Assembly (NCBI RefSeq): GCF_963921235.1
Contig: NC_086097.1
Span: 36,644,001-36,708,000, forward strand
Length of the DNA: 64,000 nucleotides
Source: Mobula hypostoma
Lineage: Eukaryota
Reading direction: 5' to 3'
Part shown: piece after piece, positions 25,991-38,084 of the stretch
Layout: the number at the start of each line of letters is the position of its first letter
How positions within the stretch are numbered: position 1 is the first letter of the stretch
The notes under the pieces: generated by a model
Seen by the model: only the letters and a program-made list of their open reading frames with translations
What the model was told of the DNA's origin: nothing
The model's database searches: none
Translations under genes and position numbers: made by a program

Positions 25991-28494
25991 AAGTTACTTC
26001 ATTTTCAACCACACAATGCACAGAGGGGCTGATGTTGGTCTTGTGCATAGAATAAATATTTCAAGGGTCAAATATATACAAGGTCAGTGCAATAGGACAG
26101 TTGTTAAACATCCAAATGTCTGGAGCCTGGCGAGTTTGGGTCAAATCAGCAAATTGATAATACAATGGGAGGACAGAGGAGAAGGCTAGTGGGTACAGGA
26201 TATGAATGATGGAAATAGTCAGCTTTGGATTTGGGGTTCTGTTGCCATGCATCGTGGCTGTTTTGGGAATTGGATAGGCTCAGGGTGGGGGTGGTGTGAG
26301 GAAGTTATTTACTTTAAATGTTGACTTGCTAATGTATGCAAGTTGACCTTTAAAGCATGCAACAAGGACAGAGCTATCAGCAGAAGTTCTTTCTCTGAAG
26401 TTAGACATTTACCTAACAACAGTGGCTGGTACAGTAAAGCATCAAAATCTGACAACAGGATACACACAGTTTTTAAAGTTACAATTAGTTATGTTGCTTC
26501 CCTTTCATAAGAAATGCAAATCCTGCAATTCTCAATACACATTAAATTGTACCAGTAATTAGCTACTTCTTTCTGTATATTTATGTTTTCCATTTGGAAA
26601 CTTAAAGTTAGCAGCTTATACATATTCAGCCTGGGCCACAAATTAACAATTGTCCAGCAACTTGGAAGTAGCTTGCACACTCTCAATGATAAAAATCAAA
26701 CACACAAAAAAACAAAGAACTTAAAACTGAAACGTTGAAAACACTTTAATAGTTCAGGCAGCACCTCTGGAACAAAAAACTGAGCTAACCTTTCAAGGCA
26801 AAAACTGTTCAGCAGAACTGGAAAAACAGGTCAGATTTTCAAAGCTGGAAGACTGAAACTGCAGGACAGGATTCCAACCTTGCCGTCCAGCCAATGAGTT
26901 GGTTAATTTAGACACTAATGGTTGAGACACCTGTTCCTCAATCACATCCAGAAACAATATGGGCCTAGGGACATCTGGCATTGTGAGCATTGGCTTACAG
27001 AACTTCCAGTATAGAATTTATAAGACATTCATGAGAAGTATATTCAATTGCAGGCTACATTTTTACTCTGGAGTCTTCCTTTCCAGTCCAGAAGAAGAGT
27101 CTCAGGCCAAAAGGTCGACTGTTCATTTCCATGGATGCTGCCTGACTCACTGAGTTCCTCCAGCATTTTGTGAAATTACTGGCTACATTAGTATACATGC
27201 TAATGTCACCTGGCCATGGTACTGAAGTTGACCAACAGTTCAGTTTGTGCATTATAATTTAGGCTGTGCAAAAAAAATAAGCAGAGGACCTTTACACAAT
27301 GTATGTATTAAATTGGTGGGGCAGATCGCATGGCTGATACACAAACCGCCAAACTATTACCACCAATGGTGAGAAACTATACGAGTTTGTCTCTGTAATG
27401 TAAGCAAAACAATAATTGTTTGCAGTGCTAGAGTTGCAGCAAAGTCAAGTCCAAATGACCTCAAGAGTCAGGAAGTTTGCGGGGGGAAGGGGGTTGTTGT
27501 AGACTAGAGGGGGGTTCTAAAAAGGAAACTGTGCAACATCATTGCACGTTGTGGAGGAACGAGCAAGATTACTCTGTTAAGAAGCAATGCTGTTACTGCA
27601 CTAAACTGTGCTCTTATCTACAGATGGAGTGATGGAATTTGAAAATACTCATCTGCAATTAACTTTTAAGAATGTCAAAGCCAAACAGTAAAAAGGCTTG
27701 GTCATCTTGGCAACATTTTATTGAAAGACAAAAATCCTACAGTTTTGTTTTCAAGATTCAAGATTATTTGTTATTCTGCAGTTCACAAGTGTAAAGCAGA
27801 ACAAAATGATTGTTACTCCAGATCCATAAAATACATAAGAATAAAGAATGCAATAAATGCAAAACAAATATAAATACATATGCATTTTGTGTGCGTCCTA
27901 TAGCTACATAAGATTAGCTAATCTACATTTTCATGCTTCTCCAGCAAGAGATTTACAGTCTGGTTTAGGTATAGTATTAACCAGCTTTTTGCACAACTAT
28001 ATTGACTTTTCCCATGTCTTTAAGAAAGCTAATTCTAAAGAACCAATGGCATGCCAGTGATTGGTTTATTGGATATTAACAAATTAGATCTGTAGAACTA
28101 ACCTGATTCATATTGTGAGCAATCAATTCCTTGGAAGCTTTGTTTTGGCAATCCCCTTGAAGAATTTTTCCTGGGCCATGTATATGGTGAGCTTCCTCAC
28201 AGTGGGTTAGGGTACACATAAAAGCCACTGTAGCTCACTCATATATGGATACTAAGGCATTGTGGGACTCTTGTCTTCACATTGAGTATCTTTCGACGAC
28301 AAAGCAGGTCAATGAGCACTGAGATGAACAATGAACTCAACATGTTTGATTCATTGGACTTCAATGTCCAGCCACGGAGCTAAAAGTCATGAGTGGTGTA
28401 CATCAGAATACCATCCACAATGCTAATTTTTTTATACGCATTATGTGGAATCTCACAGTTTTGGGCGAGTCATACATTATAAAAGATCAAGAAA

Positions 28495-29205
28495 AGTTCA
28501 AGTAAGTTTATCATCAAAGTACATATATGTCACCTGAGATTCATTTTCTTGTGGGCATTCTCAATAAATCTATTAACCATAATAGAATCAATGAAAGACA
28601 GCACCAAAAGGGTGGACAATCAGTGTGCAAAGGACAGCAAACTGTGCGAATACAAAAAGAAAGAAATAATAATAATAAACAATTTAAGCAATAAATATCA
28701 AGAACATAAGATGAAGAGTCCTTGAAAATGACTCCATAGGTTGTGGGAACAGTTCAGTGATGAGGCAAATAAAGTTTTCCCCACTGATTCAAGACCCTGA
28801 TGATTGAGGGGTAATAACTGTTCCTCATCCTGGTGGTGAGAGTCACAAGGTTCTTGTACCTTCTTCCTGATGGCAGCAGTGAGAAGAGAGCATGGCCTAG
28901 ATGACGGGGGTCCTGGGTGATGGATGCTGCATGCTGCTTTCCAGCGACAACACTCTGTGTAGATGTGCTCAATGGTGGGGAAGGCTTTACCTATGGTGGA
29001 CTGGGTCAGATCCAGTGTCTTTTTGTAGGCTTATCCATTCAAGGGCATTGCTGTTTCCAGACGAGGTTGAGATGCAACCAGTCAACATACTCTCCACCAC
29101 ATATCTACAGTAGTTTGTCAAAGTTTTTGATGTCATGCTGTATCTTTGCAAATTTCTTTGTAATTATACTTACGTGCTGGGCCCAAGACAGATCTTGCTG
29201 AAATA
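28495..29205 (-). mobile_element. Rex1/Babar 3' fragment
   Basis: GHALFSLLPSGRRYKNL..TTRMRNSYYPSIIRVLN. Confidence 0.8.
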
Positions 29206-30079
29206 ATATTTAGGTCAATGCATATAGCCTGGCCTTGTGATTTATTTGCCTCAGGTATGTCAGAAGTGACAGTATGTCAGGGTGTGGATGCCTGGCTAAC
29301 ATTTTGTGGACACAGTGCCAACAATAATCCACACCAAACTCTGTTTGCGACTGCATAATATATTCAATGGGGAATTCAGATTAAGTTCTTTATTCAGAAA
29401 ATAGTTAAACTCTGGAAATGACTGCCACAGTGATATGTTGAGGGCACAGCACAGATGTGCTTAAGAGGAAATACTGGAGGAAGAAAAGTACAAAGAATTT
29501 GCTGATTGTGTTGGACTGCAGGAAGCAGCTCAGGTGGAGCGTAATGAGATTATCATTGATTAGATGGGGTATGTGGTCTGTTTCTGTGCAGTCATTTAGT
29601 CTCTGCTGAAAGATGCTTAGGACAAACTCCTGCTCTTGTAAGAATATATATTTATTACAATGAGCTTTACTATATAATAAATTCCATACTTGAAAGGTTA
29701 TATAATGCTCATGGTCTGCAGTAACTCAGACAAGACAAGACGTTGAATAAAAGGAAAAAAATTAAAGTTCCAATAATTGTTCTTTAATCAGTTTTTTGGA
29801 ACGGATTATTAACCCACATGATAACTTTGCTTTATGTTAAGGCAGGGAAACTTTTAAATTATTTCTTTATCTCATCACCCAAATTTGATCTTATTCTTGA
29901 CTGTTTAAGAAGGCTATTACAGACCTTGTCTCTCTCATCTCAGACATGTATCAGCCTGAGTTCCCAGACCCGACTGACAGTCTGTGATCTCGCTTCACAC
30001 AGTCATACAGCAACTCTGGATATAGGGCAGGACCTGGCTTTGAAACAAACCTTCCCACCATCCTTGGCTGAGACACTTG

Positions 30080-30790
30080 GATCTAGATAAGACTGAGGAA
30101 GGGCATATAGAATAAATGGTAGGGAACTAAGGAATGTTGATTAACAGAGGAACTAGTTCATAATTCCCCGAAAATGCTAACGGAGGTCAGTAGTGTGGTG
30201 GCGATTGCTTGCCTTCATAGGCTGGGGCATAAAATATAGAGGCTGGAATGAGATGTAGCAACTTTACAAAATACTGGTTAGACCCAAGTTGGAATATTGT
30301 ATGCAGTTCAGGTCAGTACATTACACAAGGGCTGTGGTTGTCCTGGAGAGAGTGCAGGAGAAATTCACCAATATGCTGTCTGGATCTGAGGACGGGAAAG
30401 ACTAATCAGACTGCACGTTTTTGCTGGAACAAAGGAACCTAACAGAGTGACCTCAAGAGGTATACAGATTATAAAAGGCAGAGTTAGGGAAGATATTCAT
30501 ATCCTTTTTCTCAGTGAGTCAAAAACAAGAGGACATAGGTTTAAGGTGAGAGAAAGCAGTTTTAAAGGGGATTTGAGAAGCAAGATTTTTCTTGCATAGA
30601 GACTGGTTGATGTCTGGAACATACCAGTCATCAACTAGTCTCTGTAGTAGTTAGAGGAGACCGATACAATCATGGTGTTTAAGAGACTTTAAGTTGGCAA
30701 GTCATAAAAGGATGCAGACCTAATGTGGCCAGATGAGATTGGTGTTGATCAGAAAGAGGTCTGCATGAATATGGTGGGCTGCGTGGCTCT
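30080..30790 (+). mobile_element. Old CR1 3' fragment
   Basis: Degenerate ctggttagaccc...ggaatattgt...cagttc region and CR1 tail. Confidence 0.6.
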
Positions 30791-31489
30791 TTAACGTAAA
30801 AACTAAACAGAATGGGTGGAATCACAACCCATGTCATTTCCTGTTTAATGCAGACTGAAAATGGTGAACAGCAATTCAATTTAAAGCTCTCCCAGTACTT
30901 GGACAGAACTCTGCAGGTAGAGAATACAGCAAGGACTAGAATCATGGTCAAATGATGGTTCTGGCATTAGCAGAGGCCCACTACAAGTATGAATGAGAAT
31001 GAGAGAAGTGTTGTTAAGTTCCATAACATGTAAATAAAATATCAGATTTACTTGCGAACAGGAAATTGAACCACACATGGAAATTTAACTTTGAATAATT
31101 AAATAAATCAGGACCAGGAAGTCTGCAGTACTTTTATAACTAACACATTGATATATAAATTCAACTAGCTGATTGCTATCCTTCAGGGATGCAAATCCAC
31201 TGTCCTTATTGGACTGTATGTGACTCCATTTGCACAACTATGTGATTTATTCTTAACTGCTCTCTGAAATGGCCCTGCAAGCCATTCGAATCAGGAAAAT
31301 TTGGCATAGATGGCAAGTGTCTTCCTATCCATCAATATTCAAATCATGTGCACAATTTAAAAAAAAATTAAGGCAGGTTATAGTCAAATAAATGATGGAA
31401 AAAATAAATTAAATACATTATGCCATGAAGTAAATTAATGGTGTAGAGTATAAAGGTTTTTTTTCTGTTAACATAACCAAAGAAAAGTA

Positions 31490-32140
31490 AATTGTTTTAC
31501 ATAGCTCCTTCCATATTAGAATGTCCCACATTTCTTTGTAGCCAAGTACTTAAGTTATGTGCACTTAGTATTGTATTGTTGGAAATAGCAGCCAAATAGT
31601 GTGCAGAAATATATTTTTATGGTATGTTTTAAATATATGTTTTATAAATATATAAAACATAAATATATATTTTCTGCTTCTCATACATTATTTGCTTCCA
31701 CTGCATTTTGCATTCTGAGATGGAGACAATGCCAAGTAGGATCCATAGGCTGTGCCACAATGGGGTGGGACCTGCTTGAGCCGAGCTAGTGGGTTGCTTG
31801 TAAATTGGGATACTTCTCCTGAAGTTAACACAGGGCTTACGTGTTCACCTGCTGCATGGATTTGAAGTTATCTACATCAGAAGTCATTGGAAATGTTCCA
31901 AGTTTTCAAGGAAGCTTCAAAAATCCATCTATTCATATTTATTTTAGGTTTTGATTAAGATGTGTGTCTGACATGAGGAAAAACCCTAAACTTTCAAAAT
32001 GTGCCAAGAAAATCTTATATCCTCTCGAGAGGCTGGACTTAGCCTCAGTATAATGTCTCAATGAGCCATTTCTGATGGTGCAGTGCCCCAGAATGCGGGC
32101 TTTCTTCTCTGGAAGACTGCAATCACTCTTGACTCACAAG
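31490..32140 (-). mobile_element. Ancient Deu-domain SINE (AmnSINE/SacSINE-like), degraded
   Basis: cctcagtataatgtctca...tgatggtgcagtgc and gtattgtattgttggaaatagcagccaa resemble my recollection of the Deu-SINE consensus in reverse orientation. Confidence 0.4.
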
Positions 32141-33289
32141 CAACAGGATACCCACCGACACAAACCACATCTTATCTGAGGTGGTAGCCTTTTCTTTCTT
32201 TGTGCTTCAAATTTCACTCTAAACAACATGCAGAAGAATTTGCCCAAACCAGCAATTTTGTTAAGATGACAGACGCAAATGTCTTTCTGTAGAACACTCT
32301 CTGAGAACTTAAAACATCCAAATGGTATTCCTTCAATGGAATTTTTTATAAGTAATGGTGGCCTGCTTAAAAGAAATCATGTGTGAAATATTGATACTGT
32401 ATATGTTTTAAATATAGACCGGAATTTCTACATGATAAACCTTCGTGATTTTTCACAACAAATATGTTTTCATTAGGCCTTTAATTTGGAATTGTCTGTG
32501 TCAAAAAGCATTTTGGAAGGACATTGGTCAGATGCATGAGTATGGTAGGCTTTGCCTTAAGGTATTGGGGTCAGAAAGCGGTTTATGCCATTATGTATAG
32601 ATGTTTACAGTCACATGGTTTCCAGCTGTCCTTACTGAGGCTTGTGGCCAGTGGATGCAATAAAAATGCTATTTATTCTTGAAGTGGTTTTGTGACAGGA
32701 AATTGACACTTAAACATTTCGATAAGCTCTGCAATCAAAACGTTAAAGCTGGTGCAAGTAATACATTTTAAATCATTGCAGAGTCCACACTATGTACTAC
32801 TGCCAATGCAGAAACTTTTCTCACTCAGAAATGGGTCATTGGTGTTTGTGCAAACTTTAGCTGGTCACACCTTAAACAACCTCTGGTATTTCCAATTTCA
32901 ATAAATAGAAAAGATCAGTTTTCTCACTTTGTCCTTTACTTCATGGCTTCTGTACCAGTCTGACTCTTCGATGTGGTAACAGATAGAGACGAAGAGGGTA
33001 TTGCAGTTTATATGGTGCTTATGCCTTCTGAAATGGTGCCATATAGCAGTCTGACAAGCGAAGCTCAAGCTTGTGGTTTAAGAGGGATGTAATCAGCATG
33101 GGTAACTACAGTCCACAGAAGGTCATGGAGAATGGTTGTTTGCCCAGACTAGAAAAGGATGAAATTGGTGTTCCCCAGAGATCAGTGTTGGGGCCATTGC
33201 TTTTGTGCACACAAGAAAATGAGTCTTAGGGTAGTGTATTTATTATGTGCTTTGATAATAAATTTACTTTCAACGTTGAATTTTTTTTG

Positions 33290-34275
33290 ATCATCATCAT
33301 AGCTTGTCACACCAGACAGCCAGCCGCTCTAGTGTTGTTTGGTTGATGTTGAGCAGGTCAGTGTCAGCTAAATCGGGTGAGAGTGGGTAGTTGCGCAGAA
33401 CGTGTTCGATGTTCTGCACCCTTTCGCCACACTCACAGGATTCGCTGGTCTTTAAACCCCACTTCACCATATTGTCTCCCGTCCTACAAACTCCCGCTCT
33501 CGCTCCGTTGAGAGTGCACCACTTCCATCTGTCAAGCAGTGCCCCGTCTGGTAACATTTCTGTGGGGTCTTGCACTGTATTGTTTGGCAGGGTTCTGGCT
33601 TCTGTTTGTTGCCAGAGGTCAATCCTGTATGTTTGGGGGGATATACTGTGCAGTAGTTCCTCCACTGTAGCAAAGCTTTTCCTTGATTTTAGGTGGTTGG
33701 AAACTGGCACGTGATGATGTAGTGGGTGCCGTGGATCTGAGTTCTGTTTACCTTTTTCAATTTTTGTCATAGTGTGTCTTCAGATCTCTGGGGGAGCAAT
33801 GCCTGCAAGTCTGCGAATGATGTTAGTGGGTGTGGGGTGCAGTGTGCCCGTGATTATTCTGCAGGCTTCGTTAAGCAACGGGTCTATTTTCTTCACATGG
33901 GCTAATCTGCTCCACAGAGGTGCACAGTATTCTGCAGGTGCATAGCAGAGTGCTAGGGCAGTTGATCTAAGTGTGTGAGCATTAGCTCCCCATTTCGTGC
34001 CTGCTAATTTTTTCAAGAGAGAATTGCAAGAGCCAACTTTCCCTCGGAATTTTTGGATGTGGGTGGCAAATGAGAGCGTCCTATCCAGTGTCGTGCCCAG
34101 GTAAATTGGAGTTGGATGGTGTTCGAGCTCCTTCCCACACCAGAAGATCTTGAGTTTTCGAGCTGCTTCTCGATTCCTCAGGTGGAATCACATACTTGAG
34201 TTTTTGTTGGATTTGGGTTCAGAGACCATTTTTCATAATACTGCTTCATTGCTTTGAGGACCAGGATGGTGGTGG
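33290..34275 (-). mobile_element. 3' part of an Ingi/Vingi-type non-LTR retrotransposon
   Basis: KLAGTKWGANAHTLRSTALALCYAPAEYCAPLWSR...ACRIITGTL; C-terminal CECGE..QNIEHVL; (GAT)n tail directly after the stop; frameshifted. Confidence 0.7.
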
Positions 34276-34489
34276 TACAAGTCATATTTCCAAATCTGTG
34301 GAAAGCATAAAGCTCAGCAGTTTTGTGAACTGCAAAGACAGTGACATATTCCTGTAGAAGGTAAACAAGTTGACGAAATGAGCAGATGCATTGAAGATCA
34401 AGTTCAATGCAATACAGAGAAATGTTTGATGATTCACTTTGATAAGTAGCATGTGGAGAAACATTATACAATAAGGGCACTGCTCTAAA

Positions 34490-35260
34490 ATGGTTGCAGG
34501 AAGAGATTTATAAGAATCATCCAGGGATGAGGGACTACAGTTATATTGATTGGAGAGATTGGGACTGTTCCTTTAAAGGAAGGCTTGACAGAAGTAAATA
34601 AAATCATGAGGGTTCTGGTTACATAAAATAACCATTAGGGGCCTGTTCGCATTGGTAAAGGGATTGAGGACCAGAGGTCACAGGTGTAAAATGAAAGAGA
34701 AAATAATTAAGAATGACTTGAGGAAAACTTCCTTACACATGATGTGGTTGGAATCCGGAATACTCTGCCTGCAGATGTGGTGGAGTCAGGCTAAGTGTGG
34801 CCTTCAGGAGAAAACTATGGTGAAGAAAAATATATCACGTTGTGGAGAGTAGGCCAGTGTTTGGAACTAGAAAACTGCTCTGGTAGAGAACCAGCACAGA
34901 CACAATGGCCTCCTTCTGTGCTGCAATGCTATGATTTTAGGAAGTACAGGAGTGTTGGGTGCCACACTACCAGGTTTAGGAGCAGTTATCACCCTTCAAC
35001 CATCAGGCTCCTGAACCAGTGTGGATAACTTCACTCACCACATCGCCGAATTGATTCCACAACCTATGGACTATTCTTCTGGATTTGCACAGTTTGTTTT
35101 CTTTTGCACATTAGTTGTCTTGCCACCTTTATGTGTAATTTTCACTGATACTATTGTGTTTCTCTATACCTAATGTGAATGCCCACAAGAAAATTAATCT
35201 CTGGGTAGAATATGGTGACATATATGTATTTTGGTAAATAATTTACTTTGAACTTTTGAA
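34490..35260 (+). mobile_element. CR1 3' fragment followed by a Rex1 3' end
   Basis: RTRGHRCK motif, then TTRFRSSYHPSTIRLLN and the Rex tail. Confidence 0.6.
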
Positions 35261-35713
35261 TTCTATGATTCAATGATTTCACTAGCAGTAGATCACTTTC
35301 TGTCAAAACTCTAAAATTTAGACCAGGGGTTTTTAAATCTGTGGTTGGCAAAGACCAATATCATCAACAATACCCTTCTTTTGGAAGTATTTGCCGGACC
35401 CTCTGATTGCTCGGATGTGAGGGGCACGAAACATATGCAGGTGCCACGTCGATCCCTGACTCTGTGAAGCCGACTGCGAAGCTCCAAGCTGAGTAATACA
35501 CAATGAATATTAGGTTAAAGAGAGTAATTATACTAGTAACCACCCCAACTTCCTTTCCTAACACTATCTAATGGCATTTCAAGAGATGAATGCAATTGAT
35601 AAAAGTGGATACTGGCCCCCCGCCACCCCCCATCACAGGAGACATTAGCAGTTATGTCTGCACTGGGAAAAGGACCGGAAAAAGCCTACTGTTTGTCGGG
35701 TTGGACCTGACGA

Positions 35714-35834
35714 GAATCAGAATTTGAATCCAAACCAGGTTTAATATCATCGGCATATGTCATGAAATTTGTTCTACGGCAGAAGTACAGCACAATACGT
35801 AATAATTTTTTTTAAAACTATACATTACAATAAG

Positions 35835-35881
<47 letters not shown>

Positions 35882-36190
35882 TGTGTGTGTGTGTGTGTGT
35901 GTGTGCTTGTGTGTGTGTATATAAGTGGTGCCAAAAGAGAGAAAAAAAAGTGAATGGACAGTCATGGTGCTCAAGAGATATTTAGCCAAACAATTTCATT
36001 GTCCATTTAGAAATCTAATGACAGCGTGGAAGAGACTGTTCCTAACTGTTGAGTGTGTGTCTTCAGGCTCCTGTACCTCCTCCCTGATGGTTGCAATGAG
36101 AAGAGGGCATGTCCTGGGTGATTTTGGTTCTGAATGATGAATGCCGCTTTTTTGAGATCTCGCTTTTTGAAGGTGTCCTCCATGCTCGAT
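35714..36190 (-). mobile_element. Rex1/Babar 3' end containing a (TG)n microsatellite (35838..35917)
   Basis: HPGHALFSLQPSGRRYRSLKTHT and family tail. Confidence 0.75.
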
Positions 36191-36694
36191 GCAAAAGCCA
36201 TTAACAAGAGAAGAAGTCAAGGGAAGACGACCGGGGTAGTGAATGTTGTCCAGTTTGTTCCTTGGCTGACTGGGAAGGCACCTGTAACTGGCCGTGATAT
36301 TTCCATATACAAACCCATTGCAAGATCTCGAGCACACCATGTATACAGCGGTAGCTTGTGTGGTTAGTCAAAGATTGCCAGTTGAATCCAAAGATTATAC
36401 GCACATTAAATGAATAACGGGCAACACTGCTTATGTTGCAGCAGCATTCCTTCATTAAACAAGAATAAAACAACATGCTTTTATTGCATCAATACTTCAT
36501 AAAAATACTGAGCAAAAAAAATGGCAGATCTGTTTCTTTGACTCAGTTAAACATTACCTCGTATTAATTAATTGAAAATGACTTCCATTTGCTATTGACT
36601 TGATCTAGTCCTCTAATCTGTTTACAAGTGCTTCCACAGCCTCAACTCAGTCAACCTCTGTACCCTCCTCCAGCCCTATAACAGGGCTTTGTAC

Positions 36695-37336
36695 TGTTAG
36701 GGTGTATCCTGGACAAGACCTCAAATGTTGTGACTGTGAACAAAGTCACTGGGAGACACAGAAGCTGGTGAAATAGAAGTCTTTATTCAGCATATAAGCA
36801 AGCATCATAATTGAGATACTCTTGGAAGAAGAGGTTCCATGACCCAATATTACATCACATTTTATATGTTAAAGAACAAAGGTAACAACAGAACAATTTC
36901 TGTAGTTACGATGCCTTCACAATGCTTCTTTTGAGTTACATGTAATTTTTCAATTACCTGGATCTGCCCACCAACACATCCAAAATGAGTTTTAATTACT
37001 GTGGTCTCTGAGCTGTATTCATGCCTAGACAGATTCTCAGGTCAGTAAGGTGTTGATTGCATTCATGCACCTGCAACTTTCTCTAAAATGCAGCTTCAGG
37101 AGGTCCATTGTCCTGAGCTGCATTTTAAATTCAATCTGCAATCAGTATTCAGATCTAAAGACTGGTTGCTGTTGAAATTAATATTTGCTACATTGCATAT
37201 AGATATAGACATACTTTATTGATCCCGAGGGAAATTGGGTTTTGTTACAGCTGCACCAACCAAAAACAGAGCATAAATATAGCAATACAAAACCACAAAC
37301 AATCAAACTACAATATCTCCAGAATAAGCCCTAACA
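36695..37336 (-). mobile_element. LTR + PBS element with TIR-like ends (short LINE tail inserted at 37201..37312)
   Basis: GTAC TSD on both sides; ends TGTTAGGGTGTATCCTGGA and TCCAGAATAAGCCCTAACA; 36726..37336 is the reverse-complement homolog of the solo LTR at 45766..46245. Confidence 0.75.
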
Positions 37337-38084
37337 GTACCCCTCCACTTCTGGATTCCTGGATGCATTCCTTTTACGTGATCCTTGTCGCTGCATCACA
37401 AAATGCCCGGTCTTCTAGTGGTTGATTTTAAACACTGGAATTTGCTTTTGAGCTCATTGCTGCCAATTCTACCCTCCTCCTTTAAGACACTCTATAAAGT
37501 CCACATTTCTGAGCAAATCTTTGATCGTTTTTTTGCTGGTCATTGTTACTATAAACTACCCTCTGAGTACATGACTAGTAGGAAAATTAGGGGGCTGGGA
37601 GAGAATATGGTAGAGGGAAATGTGGGGGAATGAGATTGATAGAATTGCTCCAAGCGCTTACATTAGCACAATGAGCCAAACGGCGTTGTACATTGTAAGA
37701 AAACAGTAACAAATTGTGCATGTTGGTGTCAAATTTTAGTACCGTGGGACATTTCTTTTACAAGAAAGGCATTGTGTAAAACCAAATCATTGTTGAAGTA
37801 CTGAGTAACTGGATAAGGCATTAAATAAATGTGAGCCTATCATATATGTTTAATTAATGCCATTTGTAATTCCACTCTGCATTGCAGAAAGCAATATGTG
37901 TACTCTGAAGCATTGGCCCAAGTTTCCAAATCAAGCAATTTTAATTTAATGCCTTACACACCACCATAAATATAGCAGATTTTACTTACAACATCTGCAT
38001 AAACTGATAAAGTGAAAATAATCTTTCCTCTGAGCAAAGAGAATTAAAGAAATTTTTTTGACTGTAATTCATGAGCTCATAACT

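Noticed and set aside
31602..31677. AT-rich imperfect palindrome
   Set aside because: Low complexity; such hairpins arise easily by chance or slippage.
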